Made by a program: the position numbers and the translations under genes. A stretch of DNA of 64,000 nucleotides. Source: Octopus vulgaris (Eukaryota). The notes under the pieces were generated by a model. The model worked only from the letters and a program-made list of their open reading frames with translations. It ran no database searches and was not told the DNA's origin. This document shows positions 1 through 11,850 of the stretch, piece after piece; position 1 is the first letter of the stretch; each line of letters begins with the position of its first letter. The stretch lies in assembly GCA_951406725.2 (NCBI GenBank), contig OX597815.1:172732001-172796000 (forward strand), in the 5' to 3' direction.

Positions 1-30
1 ATTATTATTATTATTATTATTATTATCATT

Positions 31-243
31 AAGGTAGTGAGCTGGCAGAATCATTACCATGCCAGGCAGAATGCTTAGCAGCATTTCATTCATCCTTACA
101 CTGAGTTCAAATTCCGCTGATGTCAACTTTGCCTTTCATCCTTTCGGGGTCAATAAATTAAGCACCAGTCAAGTACTGGGGTCGATGTAATTAACTATCC
201 CACTCCCCACAAATTCCAGGCCTTGTGCCTATAGTAGAAAGGA
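31..243 (+). mobile_element. tRNA-derived SINE, family A (Meta/MESC-like central domain)
   Basis: Head aaggtagtgagctggcagaa, B-box-like gagttcaaattcc, central gtcaactttgcctttcatcctttcggggtcaataaa; flanked by (ATT)n. Many copies in the window. Confidence 0.85.
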
Positions 244-258
244 TTATTATTATTATTA

Positions 259-304
<46 letters not shown>

Positions 305-460
305 AGCATCAACAAAGATCAGTTAAACAACTTATTGCATATTACTTTCAACCTGGACATCTCTGGTCCAGACATCTCTGGTCTGGTTATATTACCAAGG
401 GAATTACCAGTTTGAGATAAACTCTCCAGACACAATATTTTAGAGAGGAAACAAAAAATG

Positions 461-660
461 ATTTTGTTGTGTCTGGGGAGAGTCATACTGCCTTAATAAC
501 GAACACACTCACCAGTTCAATTTCCACTAATTTACTTATTTTTCTTATGTCTTCCAAAATTTTGGAAGACACAAAATAAAAAATATAAGAGTGGAAATTG
601 AACTGGTGAGTGTGTTAGTTATTAAGGCAGTTTGGCTCTCTCCCCGGACACAACAAAATT
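461..660. repeat. ~200-bp near-perfect spacerless palindrome
   Basis: Arm attttgttgtgtctggggagag..ctgccttaataac..acacactcaccagttcaatttccact is mirrored by agtggaaattgaactggtgagtgtgt..gttattaaggcag..ctctccccggacacaacaaaat; centre tgtcttccaaaa|ttttggaagaca at 559/560. Confidence 0.9.
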
Positions 661-1741
661 TGTTTCAACACACAAATTCACATAAAGAATCTTGCAAACC
701 AAATACAAAAAAGAAGTAAAATATAATTTGAAAATCTCAAGTTATGTCATGCTGAACATTCCAAAACAGGATGAAACGATATCATACAGGGCTACTATAA
801 TAATAATAAAGAATAATAATAAAAAAATTATATGAAATAAGATGTATGCTCTTCTCACTCTTTTCACTCTGAAAAAAAAAGAAAATTTCTCCATAGAAGA
901 CAAAAGAAGGATAGGCTTAGAAACGATTATCTCCCCCTGAGCAGCAACTTGCTTTCATTCTTTGTCTCTACTGCAGTAATATACAGCTTCCAGTAAAACT
1001 ACCATGTGTAAAAAATATAAGTAGTTAACAGGCACAATCTGGATTATTTAATTTCAAAAAAGAAGGCTACAATATCCATATACACACATATAATTATAAA
1101 TAAGTTCATACATCCACCACACTGACCCCGCCACACATATACATATATTCATATATAGACATTTCCCAAGAATTATATCTGTATTTGTGATGTAGAATAT
1201 ATTAAAACTTTGTTTTTAACTTAATGATATTTGATTATTTTCAGTTTAATTAAAAATTGATCTAGGATTCATTTGTGTTTCATCCCTGTTGCCTTTTAAC
1301 TTTCTATAATAAAAAAAATATTCTTTTATAATCATAGCTGTTTAAAAGATTCCAGCTTGCTTTTTGTATTATTATTTGGTAATTATAATCCCTGCTGATA
1401 CATCTTCCTGCAGTAGTAGTCCTCAGAATATCTTCACTGACTCTGTAGCAGATTTACTTAGCTAAATCTCCAAATAGCCTTATGTATCTGACATTAACAT
1501 TAGGGGTTTTGTTGTTGTTGTTGTTGTTGGGTTTTTTTGGGGGGGGGGCAGATTGCCACTATTGTTATATATTCAACTATTTTCTAATTTATATGATGTT
1601 TGCCTATGATAAAAATTTATAGTGAAAGTCTTCCTACAATTAGATATTCTCATATCAGGGAGTTGAAAAACAGTATGCTAGCTCTACAAGAAATCAAAAA
1701 ATGTAGGATTCTGTACAACAATATTTCAAGAATGCAATATT

Positions 1742-2238
1742 TTAAGCCTTTAGCATTTAAACCAGCCATACCGAGCCCAAATATTCTACTTGTTTAACTT
1801 TCAAATGGACCATATCTGGCTTCCTGTACCTACCCTACAATGTCATTCTAAAAATAAATAGTTCAATAAAAGCTCAAAGCTACAAGATAATGGATGATTA
1901 ATTCAAAACAATCATTATTATCATCATCATTTAACATCCGTTTTTCCATGCTGGCACAGGTTGGTTGCTTTGACAGGAGCTGAAAAGATGGGAAGCTGCA
2001 CCAGGCTCCAGTTGTCCATTTTGGCATTGTTTCTACAGCTGGATGCCCTTCCTAATCCCAACCACTTTATAGAATGTACTGGGTGCTTTTTATGTGGCAC
2101 CAGTATGGGTGCTTCTTACATGGAACCAGCACAGGTGCTTTGTACACAGAACAAGCATGGGTGTTTTTTATGTGGCACCAGCATAGCAATAAATAAGCAT
2201 TTCATTTGACAAAGTAATCTAAATGCTAATGGGTTAAA
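1742..2238. mobile_element. TTAA-flanked MITE (piggyBac-like ends) interrupted by a retroposon-tail insertion
   Basis: Ends ttaagcctttagcattta / taaatgctaatgggttaa; an uninterrupted inverted copy lies at 23119-23335. Confidence 0.7.
1912..2187 (-). mobile_element. Family C retroposon (RTE-LINE 3'-tail-related SINE or truncated LINE)
   Basis: Shares ctggatgcccttcctaa..caaccac and the (CAT)n-ttaacatcc tail with 3437-3690 and 44272-44620. Confidence 0.8.
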
Positions 2239-2385
2239 TTTCATATGAATAGAAATGTAATTGTATAATCTATAACACACTTTTAAATATAATTGACTTA
2301 TAAATTCCTATTCATATATCTTTGATAATTCATTTTGTTTGATCTGTTCAAGTATTCATTATACTAATGATATTTTTAATTAGTA

Positions 2386-2598
2386 AGGCAACAAGCTGGC
2401 AGAAACATTAGCATGCCAAGCGAAATGCTTAGCGGTATTTCATTTGTCTTTATGTTCTGAGTTCAAATTCCGCTGAGGTTGACTTTGCCTTTCATCTTTT
2501 TGGGATCGATATATTAAGTACCAGTTGCATACTGGGGTTGATCTAATTGACTGGCACCCTCCCCAAGAATTTTGGGCCTTGTGCCTAGAGTAGAAAAG
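2386..2598 (+). mobile_element. SINE family A with 17-bp TSD
   Basis: Homologous to 31-243; direct repeat gatatttttaattagta at 2369-2385 and 2599-2615. Confidence 0.9.
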
Positions 2599-2819
2599 GA
2601 TATTTTTAATTAGTAGTTAGCACTTTCCCTGTAATGTAAGATGATCACTTATGATTGGCAGGATGCTTGTCCAACCAAAATGCTTAAATATTGGGTATAT
2701 GTTATATAAGTTTAACAGAGAAGAAAAATTCTTTCACAATAAGAATAAAGATTACAAAAAATATATATTGTTTCATGGACAGAACTATTGTACAAAGACA
2801 TAATCATGAGAGAACTTAT

Positions 2820-3147
2820 TACTGGCACACCGTCGGTTATGACAACGAAGGTTCCATGTGATCTGATCAACAGAACAGCCTGCTCAGGAAATTAATGCAC
2901 AAGTGGCTGAACACTCCACAGACATACATATCCTTAACATAGTTCTAAGAGATATTCAGTGTGGCACAGAACATGACAAGGCTTCCCCTTTAAAATACAG
3001 GTGCTACTCATTTTTGCCACCTGAGTGAACTGGAGGAATGGGGAATAAAATGTTATGCTCAAGGACACAACATGCCACCGGGAATCAAACTCATGACCTT
3101 ACAGTCATGAGTTGAATACCCTAACCACTAAGCCGTGTGTCTTCATC
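2820..3147 (-). mobile_element. tRNA-derived SINE, family D (CORE-like), with TSD
   Basis: Minus-strand head ggcttagtggttagggtattc..gtttgattccc, then gttgtgtccttgagc; TSD agagaacttat at 2809-2819 and 3148-3158. Confidence 0.85.
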
Positions 3148-3436
3148 AGAGAACTTATGCCAATATTACATTAAAGCTACAAATTCTTAAGCCCAGAGTT
3201 AAAACCATGTCAACAGAAAGTTGAGGTCACTCCAAGAAAGGAGGTTACTCTTTAAGCATAACAATAATGAAGAAGCAAAATTTTGTAAGTACTATTTCTG
3301 AGAATTGATTAATGTCTTTGCACTAACTCTACCTATACTATAACTAATTTACAATTAGTTCAACATTCAGCAGTTCTATACAGATTACCCTGTTATTAAG
3401 ATGCTCCAACTATCATGAAATATATATCATATATAT

Positions 3437-3690
3437 ATGTGCCGGTGGCATGTAAAAACCACCATCCAATCGTGGCTGTTTGCCAGCCTCGTCTGGCACC
3501 TGTGCCGGTGGCACGTAAAAGCACCCACTACACTCACGGAGTGGTTGGCATTAGGAAGGGCATCCAGCCGTAGAAACATTACCAGATCAGACTGGGCCTG
3601 GTGCAGCCTTCTGGCTTCCCAGACCCCAGTTGAACCATCCAACCCATGCTAGCATGGAAAGCGGACGCTAAACGATGATGATGATGATGA
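3437..3690 (+). mobile_element. Family C retroposon, CpG-rich young copy
   Basis: Internal repeat gtgccggtggca, ggaagggcatccagccgtagaaac, tail gcggacgctaaacgatgatgatg. Confidence 0.85.
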
Positions 3691-4257
3691 TATATATATA
3701 TATAATATATATATGTATGTATTTAATATCATCTGGGTAATAATCTTACAATGTACATTTCAAAGATCCTCTACCGTTATTGGCTACCATATGCCATCAT
3801 GCAACAGAAATACTCCTTTTACTGGATATATATACACATAGAAATCCATCAGTGTACATAGAATTCATATAAAAGGGTTTATGAAAGGAGAAGATGGAAT
3901 GAATAGGTTTTAAGCACAAATCACAACAAATTGTTTCTGTGCATTAGTAGCAACTGTTAGTTGCTGATATTATATTATATATTATGCCTAGTATTATATA
4001 AATATTATATATAATAGGCTGGTGCCATGGTATATGAAAAGATACAAGTAACAACATGCATGGATATGCAGGCCTTGATGATCCCTAATGACATTGTTGT
4101 TTATTTGTGTTGCAAATAACTTCAAATAACAAACCATCAGTAACAACAAATATGGATAATACTATCATCAAAAACAATTCTAATACAGCATGAAGCAGTA
4201 TCCACTGCTATTTGGGACCCATAATTCTAGTTTATGAAATAATCGTATCTAAACCAT

Positions 4258-4556
4258 GTATTCAAACTGACCCCAGGACTTATTCTTTGTAAGTCTAGTA
4301 CTTATTTTATCAGTCTCTTTAGCCAAACTGCTAAGTTATGGGGACATAAATACACCAACATCGGTTGTCAAGCGATGGGGGATGGTGACAAACATAGATA
4401 CAGAGACATGATGATGATACACACACACACACACACACACACATACACACAAATACACAATGTGCTTCTTTGAGTTTCTGTCTACCAAATCCATTCACAA
4501 GGCTTTGGTTGGCCTGAGGTCATAGTAGAAAACACTTGCCCAAGGTGCCACAGCAT
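4258..4556 (-). mobile_element. SINE family B (composite, internal CA/TG repeat)
   Basis: Reverse complement of ggcaccttgggcaagtg..ccaaagccttgtg..gcttgacaaccgatg..aataagtcctgggg, also seen at 18971, 21060 and 45558. Confidence 0.8.
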
Positions 4557-5341
4557 GTACAGTGTGTATGTGTGTGATGTCTATGTGTTAGTGTGTTTGT
4601 GAGAGTGCATGCAAGTGGCCATACAAATGGCAGGTTTATACAAAGATCTATAAAAAAGACAAGGGGTGAGCCATAATAAAAAATATTCTGACGATGAACC
4701 AAAGCACAAAAGACACTACGGTTTCTCTGAACTTTGTATTGAGTCAGTGCAGTTAGTATTCAGGTCATTGATCCATTTTTTTACTCTGAGTTCAAATTTC
4801 ACAAAATTTAAATATATGTCTTTTATCTCTACTGGGTTGGTAAAATAAATACCACTAATCAATAAATCTAAATACTGTATCATAACTCCAGTAAAAAAAA
4901 ATTTAAAAAGTACTTTTAAAACTGATGACTAAGTTAATATGAACATTGGAAAGATTGTTCAAGCTGACAATATAGGAGTGTAAAAATGAATACCTGTAAT
5001 AGAAATGATTGCTTGTAATGAGTGGATTGGTGTCATGAGGAAAAGAAAATGTCTTGATCTGTTATGGAATTTTCTGAATTTCAAAGATAGCTAAATATGT
5101 CATTATTGAATAAAGAGAAATAAATAGCTCTTCGAAATTCCATCAGAATGTTTCAAAAAGTGGAAAAATTATAGTTGTTATATAGAAACTTGAGAAAGGT
5201 TTTCTTTTACACAAAATATAGCAGTGTGATCGTACAAAGTTTCTACCAGATCATGTATACACTGAAAGCGGTTTTCAAGTATTGACATCCAAAACCCTTC
5301 TCAGTAATGTAACATAGTGAGAGGGCAAGGTAAAAAGAAAA

Positions 5342-5403
5342 AAGAAGGAGGAGGAGGAGGAGGAGGAGAAGGAGAAGGAGAAGAAGAAGAAGAAGAAGAA
5401 GAA

Positions 5404-5435
<32 letters not shown>

Positions 5436-5443
5436 AGAAGAAG
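5342..5443. repeat. (GGA)n/(GAA)n compound microsatellite
   Basis: About 100 bp of pure purine triplets. Confidence 0.95.
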
Positions 5444-6391
5444 CTATCAAAGTATACTCTCAGAGAATGTTATAGTAATATTATAAATAAATGTAAAGTA
5501 ATACCAAAATTATAAGACTCCAAATTCTGTGCACATAGATTTCTTGTGTGTGTATATTTATATATATGACAGATATGACAGGGAGAGAACATAAATTTAT
5601 AATAAAAAGAAAAACAGATTCTAAAAGTGTGTGTGTGTAAGGCATAATATTTATAAATAAATAGTGTGGTATAAGTCTTTAGAAATCTGAGTGAACAAAC
5701 TAGAAAAAAAAAAGAAAAATGCAGAAGTTCACTGTGTGTTCAAAAATTTCTTATTCCAAAAATTTCATGATCAAAGATATAAGAAATTTTCTGGAAGATA
5801 TGAATGAAAATACTGGTAATTTAATCTCATATTTTTAAGGGGAGAAAAAAAATAATATGTTGTTTTGGTTTGAAAAGTGTAAGCAGTGCTCTTTCATTTA
5901 ATACACATTTATGTTTTATATTTTTATTTTTTTCAGAGAATTGCAATTTATCTTATTCACAGTATCTTTGAGGTTTTGTTAAATCACAGATGAATGATAT
6001 ATAATAATAGATAAGTGAATGTTTACAGCATGCATCAACTCAACTTTCTAAATTCCATTTTGGGGATTTTAATATTTAAGGATTCAAAATAAATAAAAAT
6101 CCCTAGCAAGTTAAGAGAAAAATAAATAGATACACATGCATCTGTGTTAATAATTCTCATATTCTTGCTATTGTGCATTTATGTATGTGAAAGAAGTTTA
6201 CCCTTGAATATTTCAATCATATAAATTATAAGAGCACAAGATGCTGGTTATGGAGTTACTGCTGTCACAGGATGGAGTCATTTGAAGCAGTGATGGTCTT
6301 GATGGTCATAATATAAGTCTTTATTTATTTGAAAGATATATGCTGAGAATGGATGTCAAATGATGATGATGATGATGATGATATATCTTGT

Positions 6392-6648
6392 GAAGGCATA
6401 TGGCTTAGTGGTTAGGCTGTTGCACTTACAATCGCTAGATCATGAATTTGATTCCAAGACCAGACTGCGTGTTGTGTTCTTGAACAAAACACTTCATTTC
6501 ATGTTGCTCCAGGCCCCCTTTCAATTAACGGGGAATGTTGGCCTGCTTGCCTAGCCACCAGGGTGGCGTCATTCAAAGTCTAAAATGTTGCAAAGTGCAT
6601 TGTGACCAGTGATGTGTAATAACATCTGATAGTCTAATCAGTCATGTG

Positions 6649-6651
<3 letters not shown>
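6392..6651 (+). mobile_element. SINE family D
   Basis: gaaggcatatggcttagtggttagg head and gttgtgttcttgaacaaaacactt; similar to 55789-56080. Confidence 0.8.
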
Positions 6652-6685
<34 letters not shown>

Positions 6686-7149
6686 AACATATTTCCATAA
6701 CTGAAGAAATGTTCACTGTATAAATAATCTTTGATTTACAACAAATAAAATCCAATATATGCAATGCCTTGCAACATTTGAAGCAAACTAAGAAGGAATT
6801 ATCAGTATAAGTATATCAGCTGATTAGCTAGCTCTCTAAATTCAGATATTTTTAGGAATTATTAACATTGGTGTTTATATTTTCATGGCTGGATGGTATA
6901 AAGGCAACCACTGAAATGCATGTGAGAGCAATACATGTATAAATAATAAGCTTTGCAAAAAGAAGCATATCACTGCATCTGCAGAACAGAACTCCTGAAT
7001 TCCTTTGTATCATTCATATTTTATAAAGTCAACTAACCTATTTTAGCTTACATCCTCACCCTCTCTCTTCCATCCCTATATCTATATGTATGTGTGTGTA
7101 TTTATTTTACACTTAGACTGTAATATAGATTCAGTTTAACTCCATCCCC

Positions 7150-8410
7150 ACTATCATTTTAATGTCCATTTTTTTTACCAAGCTTGCATTAGTTGAATAG
7201 GTCTTCACTAACAATTTGTCACTGTGTGTTATAATCTTTTGTCATCTCCCTTGCAAGGTTCAGCTTCCTGAAGTCAATCTTCACCATTCCTTCTCCTGTC
7301 TTCATAATTTTTCCTTTCTGTAAGATTTTCCCTCTTGGATTGTTTGGCACTTCCTTGACACAACTGTAACATTTTATAAACATCACATGTCCATACCAGT
7401 GCAATCTCTAATCTTGCACGTTGCTTCTGATTCCTCTGATACCCAGTTCATGCTCACCAATATTATGCTACCCAAAGGCAGCAAACTGGCACAACCATTA
7501 GCATGCCAGGCAAAATGCTTAACAGCATTTCATCCATCTTTACATTCTAAGTTCAAATTCTGCTGAGGTTAACTTTGCCTTTCAAAATAAGCCAATAAAA
7601 TAAGTATCAGTTGATTTAATCAGCTCACCTCCTTCCCTGAAATTGCTAGCCTTGTGCCAAAATCTGAAAGCAATTTTACACTACGCAGTAAAGCATGGAT
7701 GCCTCATTCTTTTCACACATCTTCCACATTAAAAGCCCATGTTTCACTACAATGCAATATCACACTTCATACATATATGATTTACAGTTTACGCTTCATT
7801 CAAAAAGAGGATTCTTTTGTTGCTAGCAGAGATAGTTACATTTCACTGAACTTTTACCACCTTATTCTTACTATGGTTATTTTTCAGATCAGCTCCTATC
7901 CAGTGCAAATTAGGCTATCAAAATTACAGAAAATATCAACAACCTTTAGAGAAGACTTCTAGGCATTTGAAACATTTATTTCATAGTTACTCCTGCTTGT
8001 AACTATTCCTGTACATCAACTACATATGAAGTTGCCCATACTATAACTGCCTACTTTAGATCCTATCCATAGTACAGAATTTCTACCTCCATCCTTTCTA
8101 TAAATTGAGCAGGCCACTTTCCATATAACAACAGAGTTTTGTATTGTTTCTACATGACTAAAGCTTTTTTGTGCTTGTCAGATTTAGTTTTGGACCTCTT
8201 GATTCAAGGCCTGCTTCTGTGTTTTGAATATGTCCTCCAATTCTCTGCTTAAGAATTTATACTTGTTTTCCTCATTTGTGAAGAGTTTGACTGAGGCGCC
8301 CCTCCACCTTAACACTTGTATACACTACACATCTATTCATCAGTGCTCCAAAATCACAACAATCTCTCCAAATTTACCTTTCAGAGTGCCAGCATTGATT
8401 TGTACTTGAT
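7150..8410 (-). mobile_element. Decayed RTE-clade LINE, 3' part, interrupted by a SINE
   Basis: Minus-strand remnants GKWP.., FICS*CT, VDIFCNFD, ILHCSETWAF and HWYGHVM..KTGEGMVKIDFRKLNL, ending in a ggacattaaaatgat tail; colinear with the 35680-38705 element. Confidence 0.75.
7474..7672 (+). mobile_element. SINE family A nested in the LINE
   Basis: aaggcagcaaactggcac..aagttcaaattctgctgaggttaactttgcctttc..ccttgtgccaaaat. Confidence 0.8.
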
Positions 8411-8839
8411 AATAAGTAAAGAAGTTTCCACTGGTGGGTAGATTATTTAATATCATTATCCTATGCCTAAAAGGAAGATAGTGTGATCATTTGAGGGATT
8501 TTCATGTGTTCAGATTTTATCACCCAGCCACCTAACTTTTTTTCTATCGCCAACCACTTTACAGTAGGGACTGAATGCAATTTAAGATATCACCAGTGTG
8601 ACAGAGATAGTCTACCAGTATTAAAGTGTCCTTTCAATACTGTCTCAGTTTTTATTTAGAGTTGCTGCAATCCTAGAAAGGTTGTCTTTATTTCAATTTG
8701 TAGAGTCATCCTCTCCTTTGTATAATTTTGAATAATATAGGATTTGTTTGAAGGAACCAACTTTCTAGATGGTTGCCTTCATTATAACTATTAAGCTTCA
8801 TTTTTCCATGACATAAGCAGGGTGAACAGAGGACTTTAC

Positions 8840-8964
8840 CTACTTGAGGTACTCAGATTGGCAACCCAATGAAGGGTTGTGCTCCCAATCGTGAGGAAGG
8901 GTGTGACTATAGCTATGGCAAGGAGCATCACGAAGGTTAATTTCATAAAGGTTATACACATGAT
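8840..8964 (-). CDS. Candidate internal exon of the unidentified minus-strand gene, open in two frames
   Basis: Acceptor ccttccttcttccatttcattgctgttccccgcctcaccag|; donors AG|gtaaag (8840) and AA|gtaggt (8844). Frame 0 reads IMCITFMKLTFVMLLAIAIVTPFLTIGSTTLHWVANLSTSS (hydrophobic); the other frame reads xHVYNLYEINLRDAPCHSYSHTLPHDWEHNPSLGCQSEYL. Locally GC-elevated unique sequence. Confidence 0.45.
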
Positions 8965-9664
8965 CTGGTGAGGCGGGGAACAGCAATGAAATGGAAGAAG
9001 GAAGGTTTTGCTAATAATTTGATGCAACTGCGCATAAAAGTTGTCTGTGTTATGTTCTGATTGTTGTTAATTCATCAACTTTATTACTGGTGCCTCAAGC
9101 AATGAGAAACATCTCTATTTCTCATACTTTATCTCCAGAAGGTAGCAGAATAGATCAACCACTAACTGATAATTAGTTTCACGGGGTTATTTCTCATTGC
9201 AAGTATCAAACTAAGGAAGGATAGTTGACTGTATTTATCTTTTGTGGATGGCAGAACTAGTAGAGAAAAAACCTTTGCAGTATTTAGTTATGTTCTGATT
9301 TCAAATATTGCCAATATTGATTCTGCATTTCATGCTTTCATTCAGTGATGTACTGGAGTTGATCTAATTAACAAATCCCATCCATAAAAATTTGTAGCAT
9401 TGTGCCTATGTTAGAAATCATTATATAACATTTACGCATGTGTTATGTGTGAGAGAGAGAGAGGGAGAGAGAATGAGAGAGAGAAAGAGAGAGTGAGTGT
9501 GTGTGTGCTTGCATGCATGCATGTGTGCGTGCGCATGCGTGTGCATGTGTTTTTACAGTAAATATAGTATTAGATCCTTATGAGTATGCAATGCTGAATA
9601 CTAATCCAAATGGCTGTTTCACTCATGGAAAAATCAACAATTATCAACTCAAATTAAAATTTAC

Positions 9665-9826
9665 TTGGATTCTCGTATGAAATTGTAGTATGAGTCTAAT
9701 GGTAGACTCAATATAACATAAATACTCATACATTCTAGACTCTACATACTTCCATATGAGTGCATATTGAACACTGATATTTTTGTAAGTGATTGTTGTC
9801 ATTTTATTCGCCAGAAAATACTGCAT
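9665..9826 (-). CDS. Candidate alternative first coding exon (54 aa, MQYFLANKMTT...QFHTRIQ), phase-0 donor
   Basis: ATG at 9826, 54 open codons in AT-rich DNA, ending CAA|gtaaat; E-box TCACGTGA at 9879-9886 just upstream. Confidence 0.35.
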
Positions 9827-9974
9827 CAATTAGAACTTATCCTATTTTCAAAATATTAAATAACTGACATACTGTCTCTCACGTGATGTGTGTGTGTATA
9901 GTCTAAGTCAAAACATTAAAGTTAACTGTCAATGTTTTTCCTGTAGAAGTTTACTAAATAAATAAATAAATATT

Positions 9975-10066
9975 TGTGTGTGTATGTATGTATGAGTGTA
10001 TGTATGTATGTGTGTATGTATGTATGTGTGTATGTATATGTGTGTATGTATGTGTATGCATGTGTG

Positions 10067-10098
<32 letters not shown>

Positions 10099-10153
10099 TG
10101 TATGTATGTATGTATGTATGTATGTATGTATGTATGTATGTATGTATGTATAT
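9975..10153. repeat. (TATG)n microsatellite
   Basis: Direct reading; explains the ORFs at 9929-10300, 9974-10228 and 9996-10208. Confidence 0.95.
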
Positions 10154-10627
10154 AGGACCAGGCAGCATACTGAGATCCTTAGAAAGGCACTTCAGTCTAC
10201 TCAGCTGAAATGGGTACCAGTTGAATGATGAAGTGAAGGCCTCTCTCTCTCTAGTTATCATATTATAGGTGTTCTGTGGGGTTAATGATGGGAGAACCAA
10301 GTGGGTGTTTATGTCGACTCGTGACTACATACATCATGTAAGGCAATTGGTGAAAACATGATACATGCAGCGAAGTAGTAATCACTTTTGAGTAACAGCT
10401 GTAGAAAAATATTTAGGCATAGCACAACAGTTTTTCAGCTTTTAAATTACATTCCTTTGCATTCTGAAATTAAATACTACTATAGTGTTTCTATTTGTTT
10501 TGTCCTTTTGAGGTTGATAAAATTAAGGAATACGCAAGTACTGGAATCAACTCAGATGATTCCCTATAATTGTATGGGCCTTGTGCTCATATAAGAAATC
10601 ATTATCTAGGTATTTTAAAATGAGAAG

Positions 10628-10675
10628 ACTCACTCACCTGAAAGCAATAAGGTAAAATGAAATTATGTTAATGAC
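10628..10675 (-). other. Juxtaposed 3'SS|5'SS (candidate recursive splice site or 4-nt microexon)
   Basis: Minus strand reads cattaac..atttcattttaccttattgctttcag|GTGAgtgagt; junction at 10638/10637, second GTGAGT 4 nt later. Confidence 0.5.
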
Positions 10676-11784
10676 TTTTACAAAGTTTGAAAAGTGAAAT
10701 AATTTTATACATCTCAAGCTGAGAATTTTAAACTAAATAGTTCTATTAGAAATCAAGATAGTGTAATTAATTTATATTAAAAATTATAATGTTTCTGTCC
10801 AGTTCTAACTGTTCCCAAAGATCTGGTACATTCATCGCTCATAATTATTGAAAACTACTTAGATGTAACTAAATCGTATACATATATATATCTATATAGA
10901 CACACACACACACATACATACACACACAAACACATATACACACATATACATGAAAGTAACTACAATCTAAATAGTGTATAAAGCATGTCTTTTGGACCCT
11001 TAATTAAAACTGTGGTTCTCAAATTGACAAATACCAGGTTCATCCTAAAAAAATATTAGGAAATCTTCCCCACTATTTATTAACAAGAAAACAAAATAAA
11101 GTTTAGATCCATGTAATTCTTCTTCCTTCACTAAGGTGTTTGACAAGTTTAAAAAGTTGGAGAGAATGTTAACTTTATTAAAATGGGCACTCTACCCTTT
11201 TCAACTCACTTAGTCCCACCATAAGAAACACAGAACTAAACTACATAGTTTGTGAACAACTGAAACAGTCTGTTCTTTTCTCTGTTCAATGCCAAAAAAG
11301 TTACTGTACATTTTGGGACATCCTATACTTATTTACATTTTACACAGATAGTTAAATACATTCTGTTGTAAAGTAACTTTTCTTCGACAACTGTCCGATT
11401 TTCTCCAATCACAAAACAACATTCCCACACACTTTCTCTCTCTTTCTCATGCTATGTATATATATATATATATATATACAGCTTAGTACACTATTACTGG
11501 CACCAGTAACAAACATCATTACCACTAGCAACCTACTACCAGTACCATTGCTACTGTTGCTGCTACTACTACTACTACTAATCTACCAAAAGAGCAACTG
11601 TAACAGTTATTAATGTTATTATCTCAATACCAATAGTTTATCCACCATAAGGAAAAACATTAATAAAAGTTTTATGCTGAGAAGCAGCATTAGTAGGCTG
11701 CTGCTGCTGCTGCCACTGCTACTACTGTTGTTGCTGCTGACCAGATGAATAGTTGTTACATAAGACATAAAAATATTAACTTAC

Positions 11785-11850
11785 CAGGGACCCTGCCATA
11801 TTATCCAAGAGATTCTGCTGACTTGGGTATTCACTTTCTGACATAACCAT
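11785..11850 (-). CDS. Candidate alternative first coding exon MVMSESEYPSQQNLLDNMAGSL, phase-0 donor
   Basis: ATG in strong context (AGTATGG) with an upstream in-frame TAA; consensus donor CTG|gtaagt; acceptor tcactgttttctcag| at 11915/11914. Confidence 0.6.

Noticed and set aside
4985-5010. Other AG|GT juxtapositions (4994, 23037, 39486, 40881, 61518)
   Set aside because: The regenerated donors (gtattc, gtaccc, gtgctt, gtagtt, gtattt) are weak and expected by chance.
6392-6470. tRNA-like sequences at SINE heads
   Set aside because: A/B-box remnants without a complete cloverleaf; not tRNA genes.
9929-10300. ORFs rich in YIHT/MYVC, IIII, CVCV, SLSL or YIYI (also at 26747-27178, 40179-40729, 41104-41903, 44773-45136, 50188-50614, 54635-55117, 60966-61286)
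   Set aside because: These are translations of microsatellites that lack stop codons.
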